From: Macrostomum hystrix
Lineage: Eukaryota; Animalia; Platyhelminthes
DNA: 64,000 nt
NCBI GenBank assembly: GCA_950097015.1
Contig: CATNEN010000031.1
Location: 930,001-994,000, forward strand
Direction: 5' to 3'
How positions within the stretch are numbered: the stretch's first letter is position 1; the number at the start of each line of letters is the position of its first letter. A model generated the notes under the pieces. The model did not search any database, was not told the DNA's origin, and was given only the letters and a program-made list of their open reading frames with translations. Shown here piece by piece: positions 37,706 through 50,500 of the stretch. A program made the translations under genes and the position numbers.

Positions 37706-38756
37706 GGTGACAGCTATCTAGGACGGAAATAGTCTAATGACTTTTCTGAACTCACTGCAATGTGTTTTTTACAATTAGACATTAGCAATGCATTAGTTAT
37801 TTGAAAATATTTCCTAATAAACCAGAAAACCAATATCTAAGAAATAAACTTCAAATTCATTTATGACAATTTGTTAATAGATTTATTACATTCTGCCAGC
37901 AAAGCGTATATATTATTACCACAAAATGGTAAACAGAATGGCTGAACAATCTTAGCGGACGCATTAACAAACGGAGCAATATAATCTGCAAATATCAAGC
38001 CTAGATTATTAATAAATCTAGAACAGAACCATTTCGAATTGATCAGACTAAAAGGTTTCCCTCAATTCAAACAGGTTGGTGCACTTTTAAAATCGCAAAG
38101 TATAAGCATTAGCGAGTCTGTACTCAATCTATAAATGTTTTTTATCAGAATTGACAAATAATAGACGTTGCCTAAACAGGTAAACGGCGGGAGTAAACAA
38201 TGCAAAAACTATGCATTAGGAATTGTGAATTAAATGACTCGTCATCTAATTAGCATATAAAATGAAAGATTTCCGAAACAATCTAAACAGCAGAAGCAAA
38301 TATTATTCTGAAATAATAATACTCTGCAGCAAATGAAAAGCCGCGAGGCTGCGAGCCACAAAACAGTTAAAATTTCCATAAACAAAAAATCTGATGAGAA
38401 AAATTGTCTGCAACTGTCTAAAAAATATATTGCCATTTTCTTTTAGAAAGACAGCATTAAATCAGTCGGGCAGATGTTACTAAAAATAGAATCGCTATAG
38501 CAGAACACGAGTAAAAACCAGGGGGGGGGCATTTCAAATATCCACATTCTTCTTTTTCCAATATCTTCAACATCCTCCACACGGGCTCAAATTTTCCGTT
38601 CCATCCGCTGAAACAATTTCCAGAATCACAAAATCACAGAATCACGTCGGACTGCTTTGAAAGCTAGTTCATCGTAAAGGGAATAGATCGGTCATTAAGT
38701 TTGGGAGCTTATCGTGAAGTAGGCAGCGCGTGGTCTTTCCACTGCTACTAATAGAC

Positions 38757-41700
38757 CTAAGCTGGCGGCCTGCATGAGTCGATAATCTCCCGGCGTGTTA
38801 GGCCGCTAATGCCGCGAGTCCAGAATTTGAGCACAATCTCATCAGCTGGCCGGCAGCCTAGCGACTGCAGGAAGGCGGCGACTTGGCCGTCTGAGAACTG
38901 GCGCCTGTGCGCCTGCATGAAGGCGTAGGTCTGGCGCGCCCGCTCCAGCCAGTCCTCCTTGGCGTTGGCTAGCAGGAGGTCCGCGGACTCCTCTGGCAGC
39001 ACCGGGTCGGCTAGGATGGAGTCGATCTCTCCGATCAGCTGAGCGGCTGGCCTGGCCGGGCGATTGGTCGATACGGCCAGGTCTAGGTCGTCCACGGAGA
39101 CGAAAGCCTGCGGATTCAATCAGAGGTGGATACATCCGATAAGCTGATCAATAAAAACGGATGATTGATTCATTTACGGAGTCTATTGATTGAGCTGATA
39201 GACAAATTACAATAGGACTGACTGATTGATTGATTGATTGATTGATTGATTCACCAAACATGACTGATTGATACAGGCGCAGGATTGATTGATTGATTGA
39301 TTGATTTAATCAGATGAGTTATTTATTACGTGCGCGGGATCGATAAATTGATTGCTTGATTTATTAATTGATTGATTAATTGATTGATTGATTGATCGAT
39401 TGATTGATTCATCAAACAGACTGAATGATACAGGCGCAGGATTGATTGATTGATTGATTGATTTAATCTGATGAGTCATTATTACGTGCGCGGGATCGAT
39501 AAATTGATTGCTTGATTTATTAATTGATTGATTGATTGATTCACCAAACAGACTGATTGATACAGGCGCAGGATTGATTGATTGATTGATTGATTTAATC
39601 AGATGAGTCATTTATACGTGCGCGGGATCGATAAACTGATTGCTTGATTTATTAATTGATTGATTGATTGATTGATTGATTCATCAAACAGACTGAATGA
39701 TACAGGCGCAGGATTGATTGATTGAACTATCAGATTTACGAAAAATGGTTAGAATCGATTGACTTGTTTAACTGACATATCGGTTAAAAAATATTCATAT
39801 TCTGATAATAATTAGTATATTTTTGTAAATTGTAGCTAAAAAGTCAGATTGATTGACAGAATATGTAGTTGAAACAGTTGTGTGTCCCACCTGTCCGGCT
39901 AGGCTGGCCGGGTCGGGCCTGCAGTCCAGCAGCAGCATGGGGTGGCCTTCGCCGTCGGAGGCGATCCAATCGGGTAGGCGAACCTCGGGTGTCAGGCCCA
40001 ACAGGTTGCACCTGGGGATTTCAAGTTGCGATTTATATTTTTCTAGAACTCCGCACCCTGCAGATTAAGCAGCTAACCTTAAGCAGACGTTTAAGCATAT
40101 ACCTTAGCCTACTTACTCAACAGATTAACCTGCTTACTCAACAGATTAGCCTACTTACTCAACAGATTAGCCTGCTAACTCAACAGATTAACCTGCTTAC
40201 TCAACAGATTAGCCTACTTACTCAACAGATTAACCTACTAACTCAACAGATTAACCTACTTACTCAACAGATTAGCCTGCTTACTCAACAGATTAGCCTA
40301 CTTACTCAACAGATTAACCTACTTACTCAACAGATTAACCTACTAACTCAACAGATTAACCTACTTACTCAACAGATTAACCTACTAACTCAACAGATTA
40401 ACCTACTTACTCAACAGATTAGCCTGCTTACTCAACAGATTAACCTACTAACTCAACAGATTAACCTACTTACTCAACAGATTAGCCTACTTACTCAACA
40501 GATTAGCCTACTTACTCAACAGATTAACCTACTTACTCAACAGATTAGCCTACTTACTCAACAGATTAGCCTACTTACTCAACAGATTAGCCTGCTAACT
40601 CAACAGATTAACCTGCTAACTCAACAGATTAACCTGCTAACTCAACAGATTAACCTGCTAACTCAACAGATTAACCTGCTAACTCAACAGATTAACCTGC
40701 TAACTCAACAGATTAACCTGCTTACACAGCAGATTAACCTACAACCTGAATAGTTTAACTAACTACCTCAACAGAATAACCTGCAAACCTGTCCAGGCCT
40801 ATCAAAGAACTATCCTAAAAAGTCAAGCCGCCACCCAGTCGCCTGACCTGTAGGGCTCCTCGTAGCGCTGCCAATTAAGCTGTTCTTGAACGCAATTAAC
40901 AGGTAGCAGTCCGCGCAGCAGGGCAAAGAAGGATCTGGCCAGCTCGGGCAAGGAGGTGCGGAACACAATCTGGTTGCCGGTGAGCAGGTGATGCAGCAGA
41001 AGACTGAAATTGTCCACAGACTGGCAGGCATTTGGCGCCTGGTGCAGGCGCAGCCGCAGGTGGCGCAACGAATGGAACACGGCGCTGACCACTGCCGGCA
41101 TCGGGCCCGCGCCGCCGCCGACGCTGCCGCTGATGCCGGCAAAGCTGCCCCCGACAAGGGTTGTCGGAGTTGGCACCACAGTGCTCAGGCCGTCATCGCT
41201 TTCGTCGGCCTGATGACGGAAATTCGAAGGGATCAGACATTACACCAGGGGCATTGAGTAATTCGATCATTAATCCCTGGGGCATTCGGTAATTCGGTCA
41301 TTACCCCCTGGGGCATTGGGTAATTCGGTCATTACTCCCTGGGGCATTCGGTAATTCGGTCATTACCCCCTGGGGCATTGGGTAATTCGGTCATTACCCC
41401 CTGGGGGATTGGGTGAATCGGTCATTACCCCCTGGGGCATTGGGTAATTCGGTCATTACCCCCTGGGGGATTGGGTGAATCGGTCATTACGCCAGGGTCA
41501 TTGGGTGCGCCAGTCATCCAATCGAGTGTACCCATCATTACCCTAGGGTCATTGAGTGCACCTGTCATTATCCTAGGGTCATTGAGTGAAACTGTCATTA
41601 TCCTAGGGTCATTGAGTGCACCTGTCGTTATCCTAGGGTCATTGAGAGCACCAGTCATTATCCAAGGGTCATCGAGTGTACCAGTCATTATCCTAGGGTC

Positions 41701-43652
41701 ATTGAGTGCACCTGTCATTATCCTAGGGTCATTGAGTGCACTAGTCATTATCCTAGGGTCATTGAGTGCACCAGTCATTATCCAAGGGTCATCGAGTGTA
41801 CCAGTCATTATCCTAGGGTCATTGAGTGCACCTGTCATTATCCTAGGGTCATTGAGTGCACTAGTCATTATCCTAGGGTCATTGAGTGCACCAGTCATTA
41901 TCCAAGGGTCATCGAGTGTACCAGTCATTATCCTAGGGTCATTGAGTGCACTAGTCATTATTCTAGGGTCCATTTGGTGCATCGATCTACAGGTACCAAT
42001 ATTACTTATAGGTAATGAGGTAATGAGAGATTAACCGCCCTCAGACACCCTCCTATTGCATCGCCAGACCCAGCCAACCTCCTCAGCCAGGCACAGCATC
42101 TCGGTGTCCAGCGCCAGCTGATCCTCGGTTGGCCGGCCTGGCGTCAGCTCCTCTCGTTGCCAGCCGCGCAGCAGCCGACTGAAGCAGGCGTGCAGCCTCC
42201 TAAACACCGCCGGATCGTTAGTCAGCTGGGCCAGCGACCTGGCTGGCACGTCGGATCGGCGCATCCGCACCCAGCCGGAGCCGTTGATGCGCGACGCTCT
42301 GGCAGATCCGGCCGATTGCTCCGTAGCAAACTGGGCCGCCTGCCGACTGGCGCAGGCCGGCGATGATCTCGGCTGAGCGAGCCACCAGCCAGGGCCAGGA
42401 CTGCAGCAGCATGCTACCGTCGCGTGACAGAGCCAGCAGCGAAAACTGGCTAGAGAGTCCGCGGGCTCTGGCGTCGTCGAGTTGAAACGGCGCAGCGAAG
42501 ACGTGACAACCGCCGACTGGGACTGCATTGCGGAAAGCGATTAAAAATGTTTTATTTCAGAAACATGTTTGTCATGGAATCTTCCTTTTCTATGCTTTGA
42601 TTCGAAGACCGCTTTGAAATTTTCTATCATTCAATTGAAAATTCCATGTTACAATATGCGGCGGATAATACAATATTTAGTTGGCATGCTGTGGAATTTT
42701 CCATCAAATCGCTTCTCTATTCTAGCTCGTACACATGCGGTACACGTAGATATATGAGCTTCTTTCCCAGAAACAGATTTCCTCTCTGGGATGCACTTTG
42801 AAGTCATTGGTGGGAGACAGAGATGAATAGTTACAGAGATTATCCTAAAGTTAAGCTGTGGAATTTTCCATTATATAGTTAAGCTGTATAATTTTAAATT
42901 ATTTAGCTCGTAGTATAGCTGCGGAATTTTCCATTATTTTTTAGCAGGGGGAAATCGTCAACTGTCCAAAAAGTCGTAAAATTATTCCACAGTTTTGTCA
43001 GCAGTGGAATTTTCCAAAATTTTGTTAGCAGTGGAATTTTCCACAATTTTGTTAGCAGTGGAATTTTCCACAACTTTGTTAGCAGTGGAATTTTCCACAA
43101 TTTTGTTAGCAGTGGAATTTTCCACAATTTTGTAAGCAGTGGAATTTTCCACTATTATTTTACCAGAAAACAATCTTTAACTGTCCGCGTTCGTTGTAGA
43201 ATTTTACACGACTTTTTAGCTGCGTAAACTTCCATTATTCACCTGATCCTCCGCCCATCGACCCACCGACGCCGCCAAGGCTACCACCGCCGCCATCGTC
43301 GCCAAAGTACATCGCCCCGGTAGGGCAGACCTCGCAGGAGTGCACGCGCAGGCAGGCCTGCCTCAGCTGACTGTAAAGCTGATTTGGCGCAGCCGGGTGC
43401 TGACTGGACACCAGCAGCAGACCGCACTGCCAGTCCGCGGTGTACATGGCCAAGGTGTTGGGCGGCATGGACCGACAAGCCGGACATTTGATTGACGTCA
43501 GGCTGGCCGCGCCGCCAGGCAGAGCGGACGAAATCGACAGGCTGCCAGAGCCGGACTGCGGAGCGCCAGGGGGCCAGACGAACAGCCTGGGTGCACATCA
43601 CCACAGAGGGACCGTGGTCCTCGCAGAAGTGGGTGAGTGCAATTAGGCAGTT
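38757..43652 (-). CDS. FLCN: Folliculin, 5 exons (43652-43243, 42522-42079, 41209-40848, 40011-39891, 39107-38757); two apparent 1-bp insertions and no in-exon ATG; may be a pseudogenised copy or an assembly error
   Basis: NCLIALTHFCEDHGP, C..CRS, VSSQHP..QLYSQLRQACLRVHSCEVCP, ARG....LLQSWPWL, RSLAQLT, VFHSLRHL, HLLTGNQI, YRCNLLGL, KEDW...LKFWTRGI all match folliculin in order. Exons sum to 1688 nt, which becomes 562 codons only after removing two bases. Confidence 0.88.
39220..39725. repeat. (GATT)n microsatellite embedded in a 130-160-bp higher-order unit x4, FLCN intron 4
   Basis: ATACAGGCGCAGG recurs at about 39271, 39428, 39560 and 39699. Confidence 0.9.
40095..40760. repeat. Minisatellite, 21-bp unit ACTCAACAGATTA(A/G)CCT(A/G)CT(T/A), about 31 copies, FLCN intron 3
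   Basis: Direct reading. Confidence 0.95.
41255..41965. repeat. Two adjacent 30-bp arrays (GGGTAATTCGGTCATTACCCCCTGGGGCAT; TAGGGTCATTGAGTGCACCAGTCATTATCC), FLCN intron 2
   Basis: Direct reading. Confidence 0.93.
42985..43160. repeat. Minisatellite, 27-bp unit GCAGTGGAATTTTCCACAATTTTGTTA, about 6 copies, FLCN intron 1
   Basis: Direct reading. Confidence 0.9.
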
Positions 43653-43920
43653 CTGCAATTTCAAAAATCAACAAATGGGCTTAATTAACCCTAAATATAC
43701 CCCAACTACTAAGTAGTAAATTTTGCATTGCAACACTATAGAGCTTGTAGCCCAGTGATAAGAACTTGGCACTTCTGACCGCGAGGTCAAGCTCAGCTCA
43801 AGGGAAACAATTTAACAATAATAATAATTGCAGGAGGGCTGCGGGACATGGCACATCAATTGGTGACACTAGACACGCAGCCAGCGAGGAGGCAATTCTG
43901 CCCATTTCGCTGAATGTTAA

Positions 43921-44120
43921 GCACACACACACACAGATACTGTACGCAGGCACACGCTCACACAGGTGTGTACATCTGCCCTGACTTTCTCATCGTCAGG
44001 CAGTGTACACTCTCACTGTGCCTTGGAGGTTGGCTCTCATGGGTGTAAAGTACACGACAAGCCCCAAATGAATGTGGCCTCGCCGCAAAATCGAGCTCAG
44101 GGACCTTGGGGCGAGAGACA
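43921..44120 (-). mobile_element. tRNA-derived SINE-like element, copy 2, with (TG)n tail
   Basis: Homologous to 9652-9840. A (CA)n tract at 43921-43935 lies at the inferred 3' end. Confidence 0.55.
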
Positions 44121-45609
44121 AATACGTTAGACCGCTCTGCCACTCACCCCCCCCCATTCCGCGACCTTGACTATGGAGCATGTACACAGATTCTATGTCT
44201 ATAGTAACATCCCATTCCAAAAGTAGGCGAAAAGACGTGCAGCTTTATAATGTCGTATTAAAGTTTAGTTTATTTTATTAGTGTTTCTTATATTAAACAG
44301 AAGAAAAAAACAACAAAAACAGAGTTAAGCAGGCAAAAAGAAATCTATCTAACTTCGTACACATTGAAATTTTAATGGACTTCTCTTTCAGAAAAACCTC
44401 TTTAACTATAAGCTAGATGTTTATATGTAACTATGTAACTAAAAACCAACAACAGAAGGCTCTAATCTATTTATTGCAGTAGCTCGACTGTCTTGTGTTA
44501 GCGCATTTAGCATGGCGTCCTTATGGCTATACTTATTTGTAAATAAGCAAACGTTTCCAATGTGCGTGACAATCTTTGCAAACTAATTTACATCATTCAA
44601 AAAAACGCCAGGTCAAAATAAGACACCAAAATTACTAATCACTAAAAAAACAAAAAAACTATTTCGTTAACAGGAGACAACACACAGAAAATTTCGCATT
44701 AAAAACTGCGTCAAATATCCGCGCCTAACCTACTCACAGTAATAGAAATAGCGAAAAACAACTCCTTTACGAAAAGCATCCGAATATATTTTATTTCAAA
44801 CTATGCATTGTGGCAAGCATTTCAAGTGTCAGATGAGTGCACATCATACTCAATAGGTAGTTATATCAAAGTAAATCTACAACCCAAATTTACAAAACTA
44901 TTCAATATGAAACTAATAATAAAAAACAAGGGTCAACTCCCATCGCTGACTACTAAAAGTGGGCTTGTATGGAAGCAACACAAACTTTTCACCTGCTACA
45001 AAAAAGTAGATATAATAAAAAATTTACTGCAACCATAACTTCCCAATACAACAGAAAAATAAATTTTAAAATAATTCCATTGCCTTGTCAGAAAAATGAC
45101 ATTCATTGAGAAAAGAAATAAGTAAAAATAAACAATCAATAAATAAACCTGATTAATACTAGAGCCAGTTGAGACAACAAACCGTATGATTGTAAGCGCG
45201 AAATCTAACAAAGAGCGGCGGGCAAGGGTCAGACGGGACAAAGCTTTATTGGCAGAAAAATGATTTCCAGGATCGCAAAAAACTGTTCTTTTGGGGAGTA
45301 AAAGCAAGTAATGCACAAATCGTGCTTAGATAATTACTGGAGAATACTTTCACCTGAAAAAAGGGGAGACGCAACAAGAAAAGCTAGACAGGTAGGGAAA
45401 CATGATGCATGAAAATAACTTAATAGCAGGTGTGTGTATAGAGCGAGCATGCACCTATCCCAACGAAAAATACAGGTAGGAAGTGTATCGACAATCTTTA
45501 CCTGGCATTACCTCGCACTTTAACTCTATACTCTTTATGGGAAATCGCTGTACATTTCACACCTCCTTCTTACCGACCTTATGGGTATTGAACAATTCTT
45601 TACTCTCCT

Positions 45610-45850
45610 CACACCATTCTACACCCACCTCACTCCATTCGACGACCACCTCACTCCATTCAACGGCTACCTCACTCCATTCAACGCCCACCTGACTCGA
45701 TTCTACGCCCACCTCACTCCATTCAACGCCCACTTCACTCCATTCTACACCTACCTCACTCTATTCTACACCCTACCTCACTCCATGCTACGCCCACCTC
45801 ACTCCATTCTACGACTGCCTCACTCCATCCTCATCCCCTTCGCACCCACA
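45610..45850. repeat. Degenerate about 21-bp C-rich repeat CACCTCACTCCATTCTACGCC
   Basis: Direct reading; resembles 48950-49240. Confidence 0.8.
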
Positions 45851-47235
45851 AGACTGAGTGCTTAACTTCCGTTTGCAAAAATGACACTAGATAACGAATT
45901 GTAGGAAGAAAACGCATATTACAAAAAAATCTGCCGTGTAAAAGCAAGTATGCAATAATTGCAGAGCAAAAAAGAAATAAATAATAACATAATTATAATG
46001 AATATATTGTACTAGTCGCGCGGAAGACCAGAAATCGGCCATGCAGATAATTAAAAGTTGCTGTCGACTTAATTAAAAAAAGCAATGAAGGGCGCTACTT
46101 ATAAAAATGAGACAAATCGATTTCTACAACAGTAAAATCGATTTACTGATTAGTGCTTATAATTTGCAATGTTTTAGAGCTTATTTGTGCAAACTAAAAT
46201 TAGTTTTTTTTCAGAATTGTGTTTGTCAGAAAAAGCACGAATTTAAACGAAATGACCAGAGAAATGATTGCACACACAGGCGGACACAACAGGCCAGAAG
46301 TACATTGCGATCTGAAAACTATTTTTTGCCAATTAAAAATGACAAAACGAAAAATGCACGAAAATAAAACAGTGCGACTAAACAAACAGACATAAATAAT
46401 TTCATAATGTGAAATAGTGCGGTCAGAAACATTGCTTTAACTGTATAATAGCTGACTTGTGTTAGCGTAGGTCTGGATAAATCATCACCTCAAAGGGTTT
46501 AGTACATTTTACAGTATTATTATTAACAGAGTAATTAATATCATCCTACTCATAAATTTGCAAGTACAAAAACACTTTGCTGAGATGTCTGCATTAACTA
46601 CAAATTAATAATGCAATATAGTGTGTATGCTGTGTGTGCTATCTATATCTATGACATTATGACAGTACGTTGTAATAAACAATTGACAAGATTTTTAATG
46701 CATTCAATTAAATAAAACTAGCTGTTTCTGCCGATGATATTGACATTATCAAGTCTGGCTACAGGATGAAGCTAATTCAAGAGCCTTGAATGTAAGTGTC
46801 GTGCTCGCCGGGTGATGACGAAGGGCGGGACGCTTGTGCCTCCTGTTCAAGTGGCGGATCTTAAAAACGTAAGTCCGCTTTGGGGTCATTAGAGCAACCG
46901 TCTATGACGGTCTACCAGGGTCTGTCTCCCTCCATTTGCGGTTAGACACAAGGGTCGTCCGGTCCGTCCTTCCGACGTGCACCGGTCCTTCGGGTCCGGG
47001 CCTTTTCGGGTCCGGGTACTGCCGCCCCTCAAACCCCCCGCGGACCTAGGCTCTATAAAATCTAGTTTATGTCTAGTTAGAGATCTAGCTACGAATCTAG
47101 CTACGAATCTAGCCACGAATCTAGTAATTATAAGCTTCAACCTTCACCAAGCAAGTTGCGGATATTAGTAAAGCATAAGACTCAATCAAAGGTTATACAG
47201 AAATATAAAATTTGTAATCAGACAATGCAATCAAA

Positions 47236-47481
47236 TCAACGATTTCCTGCCAGCTTAATAATGAAGTGTGAATAGGCGGTGCCGGCAACAGCTGGGGCAG
47301 CTCTGATACCATCTGGCAGCGTCATTGTTGATAGCAGTGGCTGCAGGAGCAACTGCTGCGGAGGCTGCTGCAGCTGCTGTTGCTTTCTAAATAAGGTGGG
47401 CGCGAGCTGATGCGGTTGAACATCGGAAGCTGGCAATACGCGGATGCGGGCTCCACCAATAGTGTGCGTCTTCGATAAGCA

Positions 47482-47512
<31 letters not shown>

Positions 47513-50500
47513 GGCACGTCTGGCTCGGAGTTGGTCGGACTGACGGGGCCGCAGGGCACGCGCAGAGCCGACGGATTCAGAGCCAGCCGGACCAGGGCAG
47601 ACGAGGAGGAGTCGTCGTTGTCTGTGGCGCTGCTGAATGTGTTTATGAAAGCGCCGTTAAAAAACAAACTACTGTTCCTATCAGGGGAGCGAGAGGATAG
47701 TATAGGTAGAGATTGCGTTTTTTCTGAGGATCTTAAGGATATTTATCCCATCTGAGGATAACGATGATAGTGATCCCATTTGAGGATCTAGAGGATAATA
47801 ATAATAATAATTGACACTAGACCCAAGGGCCAGTGCAGGTATTGTGTCAGGCACACTAACAGGTGGGGACAGCACACCTAATGTACTCCCGGCTCTCTCG
47901 GACACCGGTTGACAGCCGCGTGTCAGCAATGGAATTTATTTTTTCCAAACATATCGGCAGCATCCAAACTCCACTTAATTGCCGCACAGAACTGCTTTAT
48001 TCCACGCCAGCCGGAATTATTATTACCCGACGAAATGTCGGTACTCATTTGCAGCTGAGTAGACTGTGTGCACATCAGGGCAAAGCAGCTTGCCAAAGGC
48101 TGCACGAATAGTTCTAGACTAGGTCGGGAGTCGAACCCAGGACCATCTGATCCATCTGACCATAGAGGATAGAGATCTAATAAATACTCCCATCTGAGAG
48201 CATTTAAGGATAGAGATCTGGGATCATGATATTAGTGATCCTTTCTTCTGAGGACTCTGAAAACTTACACAGCTACAGGCGACTCGACCCGCAGACCCGA
48301 GCCGGAAGCGCCAATCAGCCGAGGCAGTTTGGCCTCAGTCGGTCCATCCTCAGCTGCGGCTGGGTCCGTCTCGGCGGAGGCTGCGGCCGCGGCTGCCTCT
48401 TCAGAGGCTCGCTTGTACACCAAGCATAGAGCCTGCGCATCCTGCAATCGCGACGGCGATAATGGCAGCGGAATCGGCGTCGACTTAGACGCCGGCGTCG
48501 GTGCCGGCTCCAACTTTGGCGGCTTGCTGACCGCGGCGGCTGCGGCTGCGGCAGCGGCCTCGCGCTTCATCTGGGTCATCTGGGCGGCGGCTACCAGCTC
48601 GTTGACTGACGGCATGCCGGAGGACTTGCCGCCCAGTCGGCGGGCCTTCTTCCTGCGGTTGGCCGCGGCGGCAGCCTTGGCCAGAGGCAGCGGCCTGTAG
48701 ATCGGCGCGCTGTCCTTGCGTGGCCGGCCGCGAGGACGCTTCACCGGTTGCTCGACTTCGATGTAGCCATCCTCCTCTTCGTCGTCCTCGTCGTCGGCAA
48801 GGCTGTTGTCGGCGCGCTGGAGACAGTCTGGATCGGTGGCCTGTGAGTTTTTTAAGGATTTGTAGTGAAAAATTCTTTCTAAGGATTTTATTTTTTTATG
48901 GCATATTAACTCCCTTCATGCTACAGCATGCCTCAATTTACACCAGCTGACCCCATTCCACACTCACCGCACTCCAATTTACACACACCCCACCAACGTT
49001 CTACACCCACCCACTCCATTCTACACCAACCCACTCCATTCTACACCCACCCAATTCTATCCTACACCCACCCCAATCCACAATACACCCACCCCACTCC
49101 ACACTACACCCACCCCACTCCACACTACACCCACCCCACTCCACACTACACCCACCCTATCCACACTGCACCCACCCCACTCCACACTACACCCACCCTA
49201 TCCACACTACACCCACCCCACTCCACACTACACCCAACACTGTTTCACTTGACTTATTGGCCATTTAGCTACCTGATCGCCAAGTATATGAACCAAACGG
49301 CGCATTTTAGCGGCAAGAAACGGATACAGGTGAGCGGAAGGCACTAGATCTTGTTTGCGTGGCAACCGCTGCTGCTTATCGCCGCCGGACGCAACAGCGT
49401 CGTCATCGGTGGAATCCTTGATTGCGCCGGAGGTGTTCGGGGCAGATAAGTCAACCGACTCGGATTTGATGCGAGTAACCTGACTACCACCGCCACGGAA
49501 GCTGTTCACATTGGGGTGATAGTGATGCAGCGGTGGCGTAGCCGGCTTAGCCATCCCGGCCGGTGTTGACGGCGGTGTCGAGGGCGAATCATCGTCAACT
49601 GTAGCTGCGCCGGTTGCGACGTCGGACGAATCGTCGGTACTGCCGACACCACCGCCGCTAGCACCGCCAGCAGTGGCAGCGGCAGCAGCGGCCGCTAGGA
49701 GGGCTGTGCCTAGGAGTCCGCTGTAGCGAAGCCGGCCAAGCGTGCCCGCAGGAACACTGGCTGTGGTCGGTGCGGCTGGAGTACCACCAGAGCCTAGCAG
49801 TTGGATTTGCTGCTGCTGCTGCTGCTGATGCTGTCTCTCTCTAGCACCGCTGGCGCCAGTCTTGTACAGCGTACCAGCGGTGCAGTACATTTGCACCTGA
49901 GCGAACGGATGGTAAGGCGTCTTTTTCAACGCCTGCAGCATTCCCGCCCGAGCCATGGGATCTACCGTCCATAGGGAGCCTTTGATTGACACCTGCGATG
50001 TATGACGCGTCAATCAATATAATCAGGTGTGATTTAGTCATTTTTAATCATTAGATTAATGAAGACAGTACAAAAATATTAGCGGAAATGTCTACAAAAA
50101 GTAATGATGAAAATAAAGAACAAAGACTAGTCAAAAAATTCTTCGAGGAAGCAGGTAGGTAACAAACCAGGCCTAAAGCTGAATTCTTCATCGTGTGATT
50201 TAAATATCTACTCATAGTCTAGCTAATAAAACTTTTGCCCAGCAGAGCTTTGCCTGTCAGTGCTAGCGTGATTTACTAACCAGCCGCGTCCCCAGCTGCA
50301 GTGGTCTAACAGAGGAGTGAGCGCGCATCAGATCTAAAAATAGAATTCAAGATTAAAACTGAAAATCTCTCCGTGTCACTTTGCCGACTGACACATTGAG
50401 ATGGCAGCCTGGCCAGTTTAGTGAGTGCATCATGCTGAAAATAACTGGCTAAGTCACGTGACAGAGGAAGGCACGGCTTGTACAAATAGCCCTTAGTGAG

